Below are positions 8,544 through 19,081 of a stretch of 64,000 nt of DNA, piece after piece. The notes under the pieces were generated by a model. The model made no database searches. It worked only from the letters and a program-made list of their open reading frames with translations, and was not told the DNA's origin. How positions within the stretch are numbered: the stretch's first letter is position 1; the number at the start of each line of letters is the position of its first letter. The position numbers and the translations under genes were made by a program. The DNA comes from Patescibacteria group bacterium (lineage in GTDB: Bacteria; Patescibacteriota; Patescibacteriia; Patescibacteriales; UBA12075): positions 2,152 to 66,151 of the forward strand of contig JAHILH010000006.1 in assembly GCA_018897195.1 (NCBI GenBank), written 5' to 3'.

Positions 8544-10898
8544 ATGCTAAATTTCAATAAGTTTAAATTAAAAACAAGCATAAAAATTGTGGCCGCTTTT
8601 TTGGTTATTTTACAGGCGGTTTTTTTGTTGCAAAAAGTATTTGCTGGCTCACCTAGTACTTTGGTGGTAAAACCGCTTACGAGCACGATGGGATTTAATT
8701 TAACTTGGAGTTTTAATGATAGTGATCCTGATGCAACTTATTTTTTATTAAAGTCATCATCTGTCACATCTTTAAGTTGTCCGCTTGTTCCGGTTTCTAC
8801 AATGTTTAACAAGCTATATTCTGGAAAAAACACAACGATCTACAATATGAATGTTGGTGATATTGTGCCTGGCATAAAATATTCTTTTAAAGCCTGTCTT
8901 TATGGTAGTAATAATTTTATTAGTGGAATTATTAATACGCCAAACTTATTAGAGGAGACAAATACGGCTAGTGCAATTTTTACTACCATAATCGCTTCGC
9001 CGACAAATGAAACTGTGGCAACGACAAGTCTAGTTGATCCTATTGATTTAAATACAGTTCCGGTGACCGCTGATGATACTGTTGCTACCACTACGGTTAT
9101 TGCCGACAATCCTGTTTTAAGCACAGACCCAATATTGAACGCCGATATCAAAAAAATTAACCTATCAAGTGTTGGTAAAGATTTATATTGGCAAACGAGT
9201 AGCTACTTTGCTTCTGGCTTTTATGTTCTTTGGTCTAAAACGGAAAGTCCGGTTTATCACTCCGGGGCTGTGGGTATGACTTATTTCATGGATCCGTTGG
9301 CTAAATTTTATACCATAAATTCTTATGACGGCGCCGGTGTTTATTATGTTCGAGTTTGTGAAGCTTTGCCTGCAGGCGATTGCGGGCTTTATAGCAATGA
9401 ATTGACTCTTAATTTGTTGGCCGATGTTGTGGTCTTAGAAAAGACGGTTGCTAGTACGACAACAGCGACAACCTCAATAATTATCAAAGAACCAGTCAAT
9501 GAGCCTTTAATTGGTAATACTGCCACTAATACTTTTGAGACGGTGGAGCCAATAGTGACTGACAAAAAAATTATGTCAGAACCGATTAAGACTACCGTTG
9601 ATTTATCAAAACAAATAACTCCTATTATTACTGAAACAAAGGCGGCTTTGAGGGTAAAAACTACCTTGCCTGTAAAAAAGCTAAATAAAATTTCTGAAAA
9701 AACTACTACTGCTTTAGAGAAAAAGGCAGCCGAGAAAGGTATTCCAGTTATTAAGATTAATAGTCCGGAGACAATGGCCGGCGTGTTAAAAGAGGAAGCG
9801 ACTAGTAGTCAGTTGATTCCATCTAATATAGGCGCCAACCTTAATAATCTGCCCAAGATTTGTGTTGCTAATAATATTTTGAATGAAAATGGCTGTAATC
9901 ATTATTTTTTCAGTGAAGCAACTAGAGAGGTAAAATGTCCCGATGGTGGTGATAGCTGCTTGATTGAAGCGCGGGAGAAATACTTGAATGGTATTACTAA
10001 TACACAACTTAAATTGGAGGCGGTTGATAAAGTTGCTGCTGAAAATACAAGTGGAGTGATGAGTGTTGGATTTTTAAAAGAAGCTTTGACTACTTTTTCC
10101 GACGTGGTTTCTTTGCTTGATAATGCGACAGGTGTAAAAATATTAAAATCTGAAGGTGGCGTCAGCTACCAGGACGATAAAATTATTCAAACCGGTTCTT
10201 CAATTTTGGTAATTGACAGCGATAATGATGGCTTGCCAGATGATATTGAGAAGAAGATTGGCACTGATCCAAACAACAAAGATACGGATATTGATGGTTA
10301 TGGTGATTACGAAGAATATACTAATGGTTATAATCCATTAGGTAGTGGCAAGCTAACAGCCGGAAATGAATTGGCGCCTGTAGAAATGGCAATTGTTAAT
10401 AATGAAATTTTTGAACAGCCAAAAAATAATGGTGTTCTTCACGAAGATTTTTTGACTGAATCAATTACGAATCTTGGAACAGCGACTAGTAGTGAGGCGG
10501 TCGGTTATTTATTACAAGGCAAAGCAACGCCTAATACGGTAATTGCTTTGTATATCTATTCTGATTTGCCACTAATGATTACTGTCAAAACTGATGATTA
10601 TGGTAATTGGAGATATGAATTAAAGCAATCTTTATCCGACGGTAATCACGAGGTGTATGTAGCCTTGAATGATGCTACTGGCAGGGTGGTTGCCAAGAGC
10701 AGTCCCTTGAGTTTTCTTGTGAAGGAGGCACAGGCGGCGAGTCTAGCTGACGTAGTTCTGGATAATACCGCGCCTACAATTGAAAGCGAGAATAATAATA
10801 TTTTTGTTTATTATTTATTAATCTTCGGAGTTTCAGTTTTGGCTGGTGTAATTATATTTATCAACCTGGTTAAGAGAAGAAGAAATTCAGATGTTTAA
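8544..10898 (+). CDS. Secreted, C-terminally membrane-anchored protein with DxDxDG (TSP3-like) repeat and Ig-like domain
   Basis: Signal peptide; DSDNDGLPD...DTDIDGYGD...GYNPLG; GKATPN...GNWRY...DGNHEV Ig-like domain; C-terminal TM followed by KRRR. Confidence 0.7.
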   Translation: MLNFNKFKLKTSIKIVAAFLVILQAVFLLQKVFAGSPSTLVVKPLTSTMGFNLTWSFNDSDPDATYFLLKSSSVTSLSCPLVPVSTMFNKLYSGKNTTIYNMNVGDIVPGIKYSFKACLYGSNNFISGIINTPNLLEETNTASAIFTTIIASPTNETVATTSLVDPIDLNTVPVTADDTVATTTVIADNPVLSTDPILNADIKKINLSSVGKDLYWQTSSYFASGFYVLWSKTESPVYHSGAVGMTYFMDPLAKFYTINSYDGAGVYYVRVCEALPAGDCGLYSNELTLNLLADVVVLEKTVASTTTATTSIIIKEPVNEPLIGNTATNTFETVEPIVTDKKIMSEPIKTTVDLSKQITPIITETKAALRVKTTLPVKKLNKISEKTTTALEKKAAEKGIPVIKINSPETMAGVLKEEATSSQLIPSNIGANLNNLPKICVANNILNENGCNHYFFSEATREVKCPDGGDSCLIEAREKYLNGITNTQLKLEAVDKVAAENTSGVMSVGFLKEALTTFSDVVSLLDNATGVKILKSEGGVSYQDDKIIQTGSSILVIDSDNDGLPDDIEKKIGTDPNNKDTDIDGYGDYEEYTNGYNPLGSGKLTAGNELAPVEMAIVNNEIFEQPKNNGVLHEDFLTESITNLGTATSSEAVGYLLQGKATPNTVIALYIYSDLPLMITVKTDDYGNWRYELKQSLSDGNHEVYVALNDATGRVVAKSSPLSFLVKEAQAASLADVVLDNTAPTIESENNNIFVYYLLIFGVSVLAGVIIFINLVKRRRNSDV

Positions 10899-12297
10899 TT
10901 TAAAAGAATTTTTTGTAAAAAATAAGGAAGTTTCTCAATTGGTTTATGGTATTTTATTGATTATTTTGGTTATCTTTTTTATTTCGTTTAATTCCTTTAG
11001 TATTATAAAAAAATATAAAACTGGTTTAAACGAATCTTTAAATCATCAGGCTTATTTCTATGCGAAGTCGATTTATACCCTAATGAAACCAAATTTGGAT
11101 GACACGGCGACCTTGCAAAAACAAATTGATTCTTTGTTGGATAAAAATTCAGAGGTAGTTAATTTTTCGATTTTAAAAGAAGATGCTGGCGGCTTTGAGA
11201 CGGTTGCTTCAACTGATAAAGACTTAATTGGAAAGAAAAATTCTTTTTATCTTTATAAGTTCGCCTGGCAACAACCCGACTATCAAGGCGTAGCTACTGA
11301 TTCTTTCTCGGCTAGCCTGGCGAATAATAATGAAGACCGAAATTTTATTGAAAATATAAAAACCGATGGCACGAACTGGTTTGTGGCCTTGCCGATGTAT
11401 GATGAGGCGGGAGTGAAAAAGGCGATTTTGTCAGTAGTTATTTCTTCGCGTTTTGAGGATGGTATTACTAGTAAGAATAAAATAAACTCCCTGGTTGTAA
11501 CCTTGATTAGTATTGTGGTGGTGATTATGTTTTTATCTCTCGTGCTCAGAATCTGGGATTACGCCTTTTTATATAAAAAGGTAAAAGAAGTGGATGAGAT
11601 GAAAGATGAGTTTATTTCAATGGCATCGCATGAGTTGCGTACGCCGGTAACTGGCATCAAGGGTTATTCATCGATGATAATGGATGGTAGTCTAGGGGTT
11701 GTAAATAAACAGATTAAAGATGGGGCGACGATTATAAACGCAGCTGCGAATCGTTTGTCGGTTTTAGTTGATGATCTTTTGAACGTTAGTCGTATCGAAC
11801 AGGGGCGCATGCAAATTGCGCTCAAGCCCATGAATATTTACCAAACTATTAACGAAGTGGTACAGGAATTGAAAGTGCAAGCTGATCAAAAAAAACTGGA
11901 GTTGATTTATGCACCGACGCCAATTGATCTGCCATTGGTGGCTGTCGACGGCGATCACTTAAAGCAAGTGCTAATTAATTTAATTGGTAATTCGATTAAA
12001 TATACAGAAACTGGCAAGGTGGAAGTGCTTATTGAAACAGTAGATAAAAAATTAGCTATTAAAATAAAAGACACCGGACTAGGCATGTCCTCGGAAGCGC
12101 GCGCAAAACTATTTCAAAAATTTTACCGCGTCCAAACAGCTAAAACCAAAAATATCACTGGTACCGGTCTCGGTCTTTGGATCACTAAACAGATTGTTGA
12201 ATTAATGAATGGCAGTATTGAGGTCGAGTCAATTGAAGGTACTGGCTCACAGTTTACGGTTAAGTTTCCCATTTTAGGCTTAGGTCAAGGAAGATGA
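10891..12297 (+). CDS. Membrane sensor histidine kinase
   Basis: Two TMs around an extracellular domain; H-box ASHELRTP, N-box NLIGNSIKY, DTGLGM and GTGLGL. Confidence 0.93.
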   Translation: MFNLKEFFVKNKEVSQLVYGILLIILVIFFISFNSFSIIKKYKTGLNESLNHQAYFYAKSIYTLMKPNLDDTATLQKQIDSLLDKNSEVVNFSILKEDAGGFETVASTDKDLIGKKNSFYLYKFAWQQPDYQGVATDSFSASLANNNEDRNFIENIKTDGTNWFVALPMYDEAGVKKAILSVVISSRFEDGITSKNKINSLVVTLISIVVVIMFLSLVLRIWDYAFLYKKVKEVDEMKDEFISMASHELRTPVTGIKGYSSMIMDGSLGVVNKQIKDGATIINAAANRLSVLVDDLLNVSRIEQGRMQIALKPMNIYQTINEVVQELKVQADQKKLELIYAPTPIDLPLVAVDGDHLKQVLINLIGNSIKYTETGKVEVLIETVDKKLAIKIKDTGLGMSSEARAKLFQKFYRVQTAKTKNITGTGLGLWITKQIVELMNGSIEVESIEGTGSQFTVKFPILGLGQGR

Positions 12298-12361
12298 ATT
12301 CCTGGTCATGTAAAAAGTCTTTGACGTTTATAAAATAAACTAAGCAATTAAATAAAATTAT

Positions 12362-14359
12362 ATGTTCAAAAAAATATCTCTTTTATTATTCTCAGTTTTG
12401 TTTTTATTCGGCTTAGCCAGTTTTGCTTCGGCGACTACTTGTACTAGCGCTAAGGTAACTGTTATTGCCCGCGATCAGGATGGTGAGTATATCCCTAATA
12501 TTAATTTTGAAATTTATGAGCAAGTAGTGGATGTTGATGGTAATCCCAAGCCTGGCAAGAAGGTAGCAACTGGCAAGACTAGTGAAATTATTGGAAGCGG
12601 ACTAGCTTCTTTTGTTCCTGCTATAGATACGGCGATAACTACTGCGTCGTCTACTGTTTATGCCCTAAAGATGTGGGACAAAAATTCAACCTTGGGAGAG
12701 TTTTGGTTTTATAATCAGATTGCTTTAACTTGTGGCACCGAGGTGACAGTGACTAATGTTTTGAGCGGAGTCAGATTGGCTTTTTATAATACTGCTGGGG
12801 AGTTATTAAAAAATATCAAAGGCTCTTTATATACTCAAAGATTTGATTTGGAAAATAATCCAATTAGAGAGAGTCAAGACTTATTGGGTACTTTTGATAC
12901 TTCCAACGAGGGCGCAGCTTATTTTTATCTGGGTGGCAAGCAATACGACCTTGATAATAATTCAAGTGGTCTGTATACGGTTGAGTTCAAGAGTCCAAGT
13001 GGCACGCTGTATAAAAAATTTGGCATTTCTCTAGCTGATGAGAAGACGAGTTATATTAACTATGTTTTTGGCGAGGCGCGGTTTAATTTACGCGATGCGA
13101 ATACAAACGAATTATTGCCGAATTATAAAATTGAAATTTATCAACAAGATTATGATGTCTATAATGGTAATAAGCTAGGCACACTTATTAAGAGTGTCGC
13201 TGCCGACAGTCGCGGGGTGGTTATTTTTGAATCCCCAGAGACAATAGTATCCGTGAGAGCAAAAAATATAAAAGGCGATTATGAATATTTTTGGCAAAAA
13301 GAAATTTTGGATCAAAAAAGAGCGGATTATGATCTACACATAACTGCCAAGAATGAAACCGTAAAACCGGAAAGGACTTCTGACTCCTCTCTGATAATTA
13401 CACCCATCAAGGAGATAATCCCACAATTAATAAATGAGTCAGTTTCAGAATCGACACCTGAAGTGTTAAAAGCTGGTAAAATTAATATTGCGGTTCTGGA
13501 TAGTGCTGGCAAGACCGTAGCTGGCAAAGTTAATGTTTATCAATTGGTAAACATTAGCGGTCAGAGCTATAAAAAAGGGAGCAAGTTAAAAACACTAAGT
13601 TTGACCAAGGCAACTGATTTCGAATTTGAAAGTGGCGTGTATTTATTCACAATCACTAATTCTTGGGGTGAGTATGGTCAAGCTGTTTATATTGCCAGTG
13701 GGGAAAGCAAGTCGATAAAATTGAGAGTTTTGTCAACTATGGCGGTCAAGGTTGGTCAAATTTTTTCGGTGGCAACTCCCAAAGCTGCCGCGCCTAGCTC
13801 AGTGAATGGCGTCTCAAGCAATCTCTTAGGTAGAATTTTATTGGACGTGGAAGGCAATGGCGAGGCTTATTATGTTAATCCCGACAAGGGGCAAAAGTTT
13901 TATCTGAAAGATGGCGAGGTGGCCTTTAAAATGATGCGCAGCTTCGGTCTTGGCATTTCTGATGTTGATATTGCCAAAATCCCTGTTGGCATTGATGCAC
14001 GCTTTAATCTTGGGGATACCGACGGTGACGGCTTAGCCGACTCCTTAGAATTGGCACTAGGTACACAACCATATCAAAAGGATAGCGACGGCGATGGTTA
14101 TTCTGATGCCCTTGAAGTTAAATCAGGCTACAATCCGATTGGAGTGGGAAAATTAAAATTAGACACAGCAATGTCTTCGAAATTAAAAGGTAAAATCGTT
14201 CTCCAGGTCCAATCAAAAGGTGAAGCTTGGTATATTAATCCAAGCGACGGAAAACGCTATTATATGGGTAACGGCAAACAGGCCTTTGAAATAATGAAAT
14301 ATTTAAGCCTGGGGGCAAAGAAGAGTGTGTTGCAAGCAGTACCGGACGGACAGTTGTAA
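12362..14359 (+). CDS. Secreted beta-rich surface protein with DxDxDG repeat flanked by a duplicated G.I.LxVxxxGEAxYxNP module
   Basis: Signal peptide; GRILLDVEGNGEAYYVNP and GKIVLQVQSKGEAWYINP bracket DTDGDGLAD...DSDGDGYSD. Confidence 0.7.
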   Translation: MFKKISLLLFSVLFLFGLASFASATTCTSAKVTVIARDQDGEYIPNINFEIYEQVVDVDGNPKPGKKVATGKTSEIIGSGLASFVPAIDTAITTASSTVYALKMWDKNSTLGEFWFYNQIALTCGTEVTVTNVLSGVRLAFYNTAGELLKNIKGSLYTQRFDLENNPIRESQDLLGTFDTSNEGAAYFYLGGKQYDLDNNSSGLYTVEFKSPSGTLYKKFGISLADEKTSYINYVFGEARFNLRDANTNELLPNYKIEIYQQDYDVYNGNKLGTLIKSVAADSRGVVIFESPETIVSVRAKNIKGDYEYFWQKEILDQKRADYDLHITAKNETVKPERTSDSSLIITPIKEIIPQLINESVSESTPEVLKAGKINIAVLDSAGKTVAGKVNVYQLVNISGQSYKKGSKLKTLSLTKATDFEFESGVYLFTITNSWGEYGQAVYIASGESKSIKLRVLSTMAVKVGQIFSVATPKAAAPSSVNGVSSNLLGRILLDVEGNGEAYYVNPDKGQKFYLKDGEVAFKMMRSFGLGISDVDIAKIPVGIDARFNLGDTDGDGLADSLELALGTQPYQKDSDGDGYSDALEVKSGYNPIGVGKLKLDTAMSSKLKGKIVLQVQSKGEAWYINPSDGKRYYMGNGKQAFEIMKYLSLGAKKSVLQAVPDGQL

Positions 14360-14382
14360 TAAGAAAATTTATTAATATAAAT

Positions 14383-14538
14383 ATGTCAAAAATAAACAAA
14401 AAAGACTTTGCTGGAGAAGTTGAAAAAATCCAAAAACAAATTACCGTGATTGAAAAAGAGCGTGATTTGGCATTGGAACAAATTCGAAAAAAAATAGAAG
14501 CGCGACAGATTAAAAAAGTTGTCGATAGTTTAAAATAA
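14383..14538 (+). CDS. Small 51-aa coiled-coil protein (not in ORF track)
   Basis: ATG..TAA ORF MSKINKKDFAGEVEKIQKQITVIEKERDLALEQIRKKIEARQIKKVVDSLK fills the gap, with the host-typical AT-rich start context. Confidence 0.65.
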   Translation: MSKINKKDFAGEVEKIQKQITVIEKERDLALEQIRKKIEARQIKKVVDSLK

Positions 14539-14563
14539 GAAGTTTATTTTGTATATAAATAAT

Positions 14564-17500
14564 ATGGCAAGAAAATACGAAGAAGATTTTGATCCCAAGG
14601 GTAGAAATAGAACTAGAGGTTCAGAAAACAGGGAAGAGGCGCGTGATCAAAAAAAAGCCAAAAAGATCGAAGCTAAAATTAATAGTTTGATTGGAAAAAT
14701 CGATAATACTATTTTAGGTGGTGATGAGTATTTGGAAAAAATAAAAGAAATGGACAGTGTTGATGATTCTGATATTAAGAGTGCTGAGCTTGTTATTCAA
14801 GAAGCACAGAGCGCTCTCTTGGAATTGAAAAATCAATTAACTGTTTTGGAGAATAGGGAGAATATTGAAATTGTTGGTGACAATATTAATATTGAAAGAA
14901 AAAAGATTAAGGACGTGAAAAATAAGATTAGCGAAAAAGAAAATAGCACGGTGAAGGAAGTTGAGGCTGTGAGGGTGGTTGAAATTGTAAAGGAAGGTAA
15001 GGTTCGAAAAAATTATGCAAAATATAAAAAAATTGAAAGAGTAGAAGAGACAGATGCTGAGTTATTGGCCAGAATAGAAAGAGAGGGGTTAGAAAAACTT
15101 AACTATAACAGTGAAATAGAAATTTATGAAGAAATAAAAAAGGTTGAAGATGAATTGGAGATGGCAAAAAAATTTTTAAACAAGACGGAAGATGCAAAAT
15201 TAATTAAAAATATAAATCGAATGATTGAGGTTAGAACAGATCGTCTGGAGGTATTACGTGGCAAAGTGTATGGTTCAGAAGTTGTTGAGATTGAGTCGGT
15301 TGAAAAATTAAAAAAGAGATTTGCAGAAGTTGAGACAATCGAAGATGAAAAAATTAAACGTCAAGAATTGATTAAATTGCTTCACGATGCCTTTGATTTT
15401 GGGGACGATGACTTGGTTAATCAAATCGAAGATGAACTAGGAATTCCCAAGGCGGTTAGGATGAATAAGATAAGACCAGTTGAAGGCGAAGCGAATACGG
15501 CGTCAGAGCTCAAGCGGGATGGCGAAAATGAGCACACTGTAACTGAAAAGCTGAAAAAATTAAGATGGAGAGTGCCAAACAAGAATAATAGTGGAGACAA
15601 GTGGAAGGAAAAGATGCGTTATATTCGTGTACTTAAAAAGAAGATTGGTGAAATTTCTGAAGACTTTCCAAATAAAGAAAAAAGAGAAGAGCTTGTCGGC
15701 AGGCTTGTTTACTTGTCTCAGAGGGTATATAAACAAGAAGACCCAACGGAAAAAAGCAAAGCATATTACATTCTTGGAAAGAAATATTATGAGGAGCACG
15801 TGCCAAAATCCGGAGTATTTATATTGATTAATGAATGGCACAATTTACTGGCTGAAAAGGAGGCATATGAGAATAAAGACGAGACAAGTGAAGTTGGTGA
15901 CATTAAAATCGCTGAAGATGGCATAGCGACTGATGATGAAACTGAAATTAAGTCAGCTGAGCTAGTAGGCGAAGAAGCTATTATTGATGATGGCAAAAAT
16001 ATTCTTGTTTCTCCAGAGGATGAAGTGGCAAATGTTGAATTTTTCGCGCAACTGCCGATTGCAGAGGTGAATCAAGTTGGTGAAGTAATCGAAGAGATTG
16101 AAAAACTACCACCCGCTGACAAAAAAACTTTATTTGAAGGAATGGCGGATATTGGATTCAAAACCTCAGAGGTGACAAATAAGGTAATGAAAAATTTTAT
16201 AAAACAACTTGGTGATAATAAACTGGTCAAAAAGGATAGCTTGTTGGGGAATTTCTTTTTGAAATATTCCGACATCTATCAAAAAAAGGAAAAGAGTGCT
16301 AAAAAAATGCAAGAAATTGTTGGCAAAGGAGGCCTGTCAAAGCTGTCTGGAGTTGGACAGGGATTTGGTGGTACTGTTGGAACAATGCTTAAGCTAGGAA
16401 GAATTCTTTATGATGTAACGGGGGCGAGTGTTGCTAATCCTTTTAAATATGTCACAATGGCTGGCATGACGGCTGGTAATAGTTTGGCGGCAATGAAGGA
16501 GGTGCGATTTGATAATGAAAAGGTGTTTGGGAAAAGAGGATTAGTTAAGGATGAAAAAAGAGCCTATGAAGAAGCCTGGAAAATACATGAAAAGGCTAAA
16601 AATAATATTGGAGACAGGGAATTGACAAAAGAAGATCTAGTTGATGCTTACAGTAAATTACTGCCCGAAGATATTAAGAATCGATTAGGTAGATATAATG
16701 TCGAAACTGGGCTTATAAAAAAAATGTTAGGCGCGAATATGGAAAATGGACACATAGAGTCGCACATTAATAAGTTGAATCAAAAAATAAGCGAAATTGA
16801 AGGAGATAAAAAATTAACGACTACTGACCAGAAAAATAAGATCGACAAACTTCTTTCAAGAAATGCAGATTTTTTACAGGATTTGGATAAAATTGTGAGC
16901 GATGCCGGAATGGTTGATAATATTGCTTTTTGGCTGAGAATGGGGGAGAAGACTAGTAAGACGATGGCTAATTTAATGATGATTGATTCTGTGGCCAGGT
17001 TAGCAAGTGCGAGCATGGACTGGCTTCATTTAACAAACAAGTTTCCTGAGTTTTTTGGTCATGAAGCAGTGCATGCGCCTGTTGGGCCTGTTGTTAAAAA
17101 AGCTGTTGAATTACATGGTCAATTCAGTACAGGGTCAGTTGTTAAGCCGTCTGTTGGACCAGTCTCTCCAGGGTTTATCGCCGAGACAAATTCGGGATCT
17201 GTTGCAGAAGTAGCTAGTGCTCAAAATATTGAAATAAAAATCGGCGGCAATGTGAATACGTTTTCCGGCGCTATTAACGAGGCGGTAAAAAATGCCGATT
17301 CGGCAGTAAAAGACAATTTCATTCATCAAGTTCTTGGTGATGATGTTGCTGTTTCTGGAGATAGTAGGCAGGATTTGTTGCACAAGGCGGTTGCGAAACT
17401 TTCTATTGGAGAAGTTTATAATGGAAAAGAGGTGCCTGACTTAATCCATGATGGAAATAAAGTAGTTCTTTTTCATAATGGCAGCTGGGAGGTGCAGAAG

Positions 17501-18283
17501 GGTGATGGAGTTTTTGAAGCTAAGGTGGTTGCGCCAATTGAGGTTGTTCAACATAGTAGTATGTCAGAAACTGACAAAATCGCGTTTGATGATTTAAAAG
17601 ATAGTATTAACGGACGAGGCAGTGAAGAGAAACTAATTGACGATACCGAATTGGCGCGTTTAAACGAAGTGTATAGAAAAACGCAATTGGAAATATTTCA
17701 TAATCATGGGGTTAGCGACAAGCTGATGCAAGAAATTGGTATTAATCCCGCTGATCCAAATTTGCTAGATAATCAACGGGCGATGGAGCGGATGGGCTTT
17801 TTGGCAAGTTATAGCGACGATAATGATCCTTCTAATTTTTCCAAGGCGGAAGATGTCTTAAAGTTGGTGAAAGATGTAGATATTAGTCCGAGAGATGCTT
17901 TTAATTATTATGATAATATAAAATCATTTAAGGGCGATGAGGAAAAAATAAAAGCCGTAGTTGATTTGATGAAAGGTGGCAACGTGGAAAAAGCTTTATT
18001 TAACTTGACTGGCGTAAAGGTGACTGAGGAAAATTTTGAAATTAAAGATGGTGTCTTTAGAGTCAGGGATTATTATAAAAAAGGATTTGACTTTGTTATG
18101 ACAAAGTCAAAAGGAGAGATTAAAATCGGTATTGATGGACCATCACGCTTTAACTGGAAAGCGCGTGGTTGGTGGGGTAATTTACGACCAGATGAAACGC
18201 TAACAGCTGAAAATTTAACGCTTGCCAAAGAAGAAGTGGAAAAAATGTCTAAGCAGTTGGAAGATCAAAGACCGAAGTACTAA
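14564..18283 (+). CDS. Large Lys/Glu-rich coiled-coil protein of unknown function
   Basis: About 1240-aa ORF, no signal peptide, charged helical N-half, Gly-rich apolar middle segment; ATG at 14564 preferred. Confidence 0.75.
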   Translation: MARKYEEDFDPKGRNRTRGSENREEARDQKKAKKIEAKINSLIGKIDNTILGGDEYLEKIKEMDSVDDSDIKSAELVIQEAQSALLELKNQLTVLENRENIEIVGDNINIERKKIKDVKNKISEKENSTVKEVEAVRVVEIVKEGKVRKNYAKYKKIERVEETDAELLARIEREGLEKLNYNSEIEIYEEIKKVEDELEMAKKFLNKTEDAKLIKNINRMIEVRTDRLEVLRGKVYGSEVVEIESVEKLKKRFAEVETIEDEKIKRQELIKLLHDAFDFGDDDLVNQIEDELGIPKAVRMNKIRPVEGEANTASELKRDGENEHTVTEKLKKLRWRVPNKNNSGDKWKEKMRYIRVLKKKIGEISEDFPNKEKREELVGRLVYLSQRVYKQEDPTEKSKAYYILGKKYYEEHVPKSGVFILINEWHNLLAEKEAYENKDETSEVGDIKIAEDGIATDDETEIKSAELVGEEAIIDDGKNILVSPEDEVANVEFFAQLPIAEVNQVGEVIEEIEKLPPADKKTLFEGMADIGFKTSEVTNKVMKNFIKQLGDNKLVKKDSLLGNFFLKYSDIYQKKEKSAKKMQEIVGKGGLSKLSGVGQGFGGTVGTMLKLGRILYDVTGASVANPFKYVTMAGMTAGNSLAAMKEVRFDNEKVFGKRGLVKDEKRAYEEAWKIHEKAKNNIGDRELTKEDLVDAYSKLLPEDIKNRLGRYNVETGLIKKMLGANMENGHIESHINKLNQKISEIEGDKKLTTTDQKNKIDKLLSRNADFLQDLDKIVSDAGMVDNIAFWLRMGEKTSKTMANLMMIDSVARLASASMDWLHLTNKFPEFFGHEAVHAPVGPVVKKAVELHGQFSTGSVVKPSVGPVSPGFIAETNSGSVAEVASAQNIEIKIGGNVNTFSGAINEAVKNADSAVKDNFIHQVLGDDVAVSGDSRQDLLHKAVAKLSIGEVYNGKEVPDLIHDGNKVVLFHNGSWEVQKGDGVFEAKVVAPIEVVQHSSMSETDKIAFDDLKDSINGRGSEEKLIDDTELARLNEVYRKTQLEIFHNHGVSDKLMQEIGINPADPNLLDNQRAMERMGFLASYSDDNDPSNFSKAEDVLKLVKDVDISPRDAFNYYDNIKSFKGDEEKIKAVVDLMKGGNVEKALFNLTGVKVTEENFEIKDGVFRVRDYYKKGFDFVMTKSKGEIKIGIDGPSRFNWKARGWWGNLRPDETLTAENLTLAKEEVEKMSKQLEDQRPKY

Positions 18284-18313
18284 GTGAATAATCCTTTAAA
18301 TTAATTCTATAAA

Positions 18314-18342
18314 AAAGGCCGCCCATAAAATGAGCGGCCTTT
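18314..18342. terminator. Probable bidirectional terminator
   Basis: aaaggccgcccat-aaa-atgagcggccttt between convergent genes. Confidence 0.75.
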
Positions 18343-18357
18343 GACTTGTCTAAGAAG

Positions 18358-19068
18358 TTAACCATTAGCCAGAACCAATCCCCAAACTTCATTAGCACCA
18401 TTAGCCTTGAGAATTTTGGCGCATTCGTTTAAGGTGGCACCAGTAGTAGTGACGTCGTCAACGAGGATAATGTTTTGATGGTTTAGCTTGGCGCCTTGCC
18501 AGGTAAAAACATTCTGAATGTTTTTAAGCCGTGCTTCTTTTTTTAAACTAGCCTGTGGTTTTTTGAATTTAATTCTTTTCAGATTTTCTGTATTAATTTT
18601 TATCTGTGATTTATTGGCGATGAAATGGGCTAGTTTTTCCGACTGATTAAAACCGCGCCAGCGTAGTCTTTTGTTGTGTAGGGGGACAGGAATGATTAGG
18701 ATTGTTTCGGTATTAAATTTTTTTTGCTGATTAATAATTTGCTTATTCAAAAAATTGAATAAAAAAAATCCCAAAGACTCGGCGATATCTTGGGCGAATT
18801 TATATTTATATAACTTGATTAGTTTATTGATGTTCTTATTTTGAAAATCACTGGCAATCCAAACTTTGTCGAGATGAAAGATGGGGGCGCAGTTGTTGCA
18901 AAACTCACCCAGTCTTGTTTGTCGTTTGCAGCTAAGACAGTAATGAATTGTGTTATAGGGGGTTTTGTTCAAGCAGTTGTTACAAATCCAAGTGCCTTCT
19001 TGATTGCAACTGACGCAGTTAACAGGGAAGATGGTGTCAGTTAGTAATTTGAGAAAATTATGCAACAT
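18358..19068 (-). CDS. comF: ComF family protein (double zinc ribbon + phosphoribosyltransferase)
   Basis: Four CxxC pairs, PVPLH, RGFNQS, LVDDVTTTGATL. Confidence 0.92.
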   Translation of the reverse strand: MLHNFLKLLTDTIFPVNCVSCNQEGTWICNNCLNKTPYNTIHYCLSCKRQTRLGEFCNNCAPIFHLDKVWIASDFQNKNINKLIKLYKYKFAQDIAESLGFFLFNFLNKQIINQQKKFNTETILIIPVPLHNKRLRWRGFNQSEKLAHFIANKSQIKINTENLKRIKFKKPQASLKKEARLKNIQNVFTWQGAKLNHQNIILVDDVTTTGATLNECAKILKANGANEVWGLVLANG

Positions 19069-19081
19069 TAATGATTCACTA

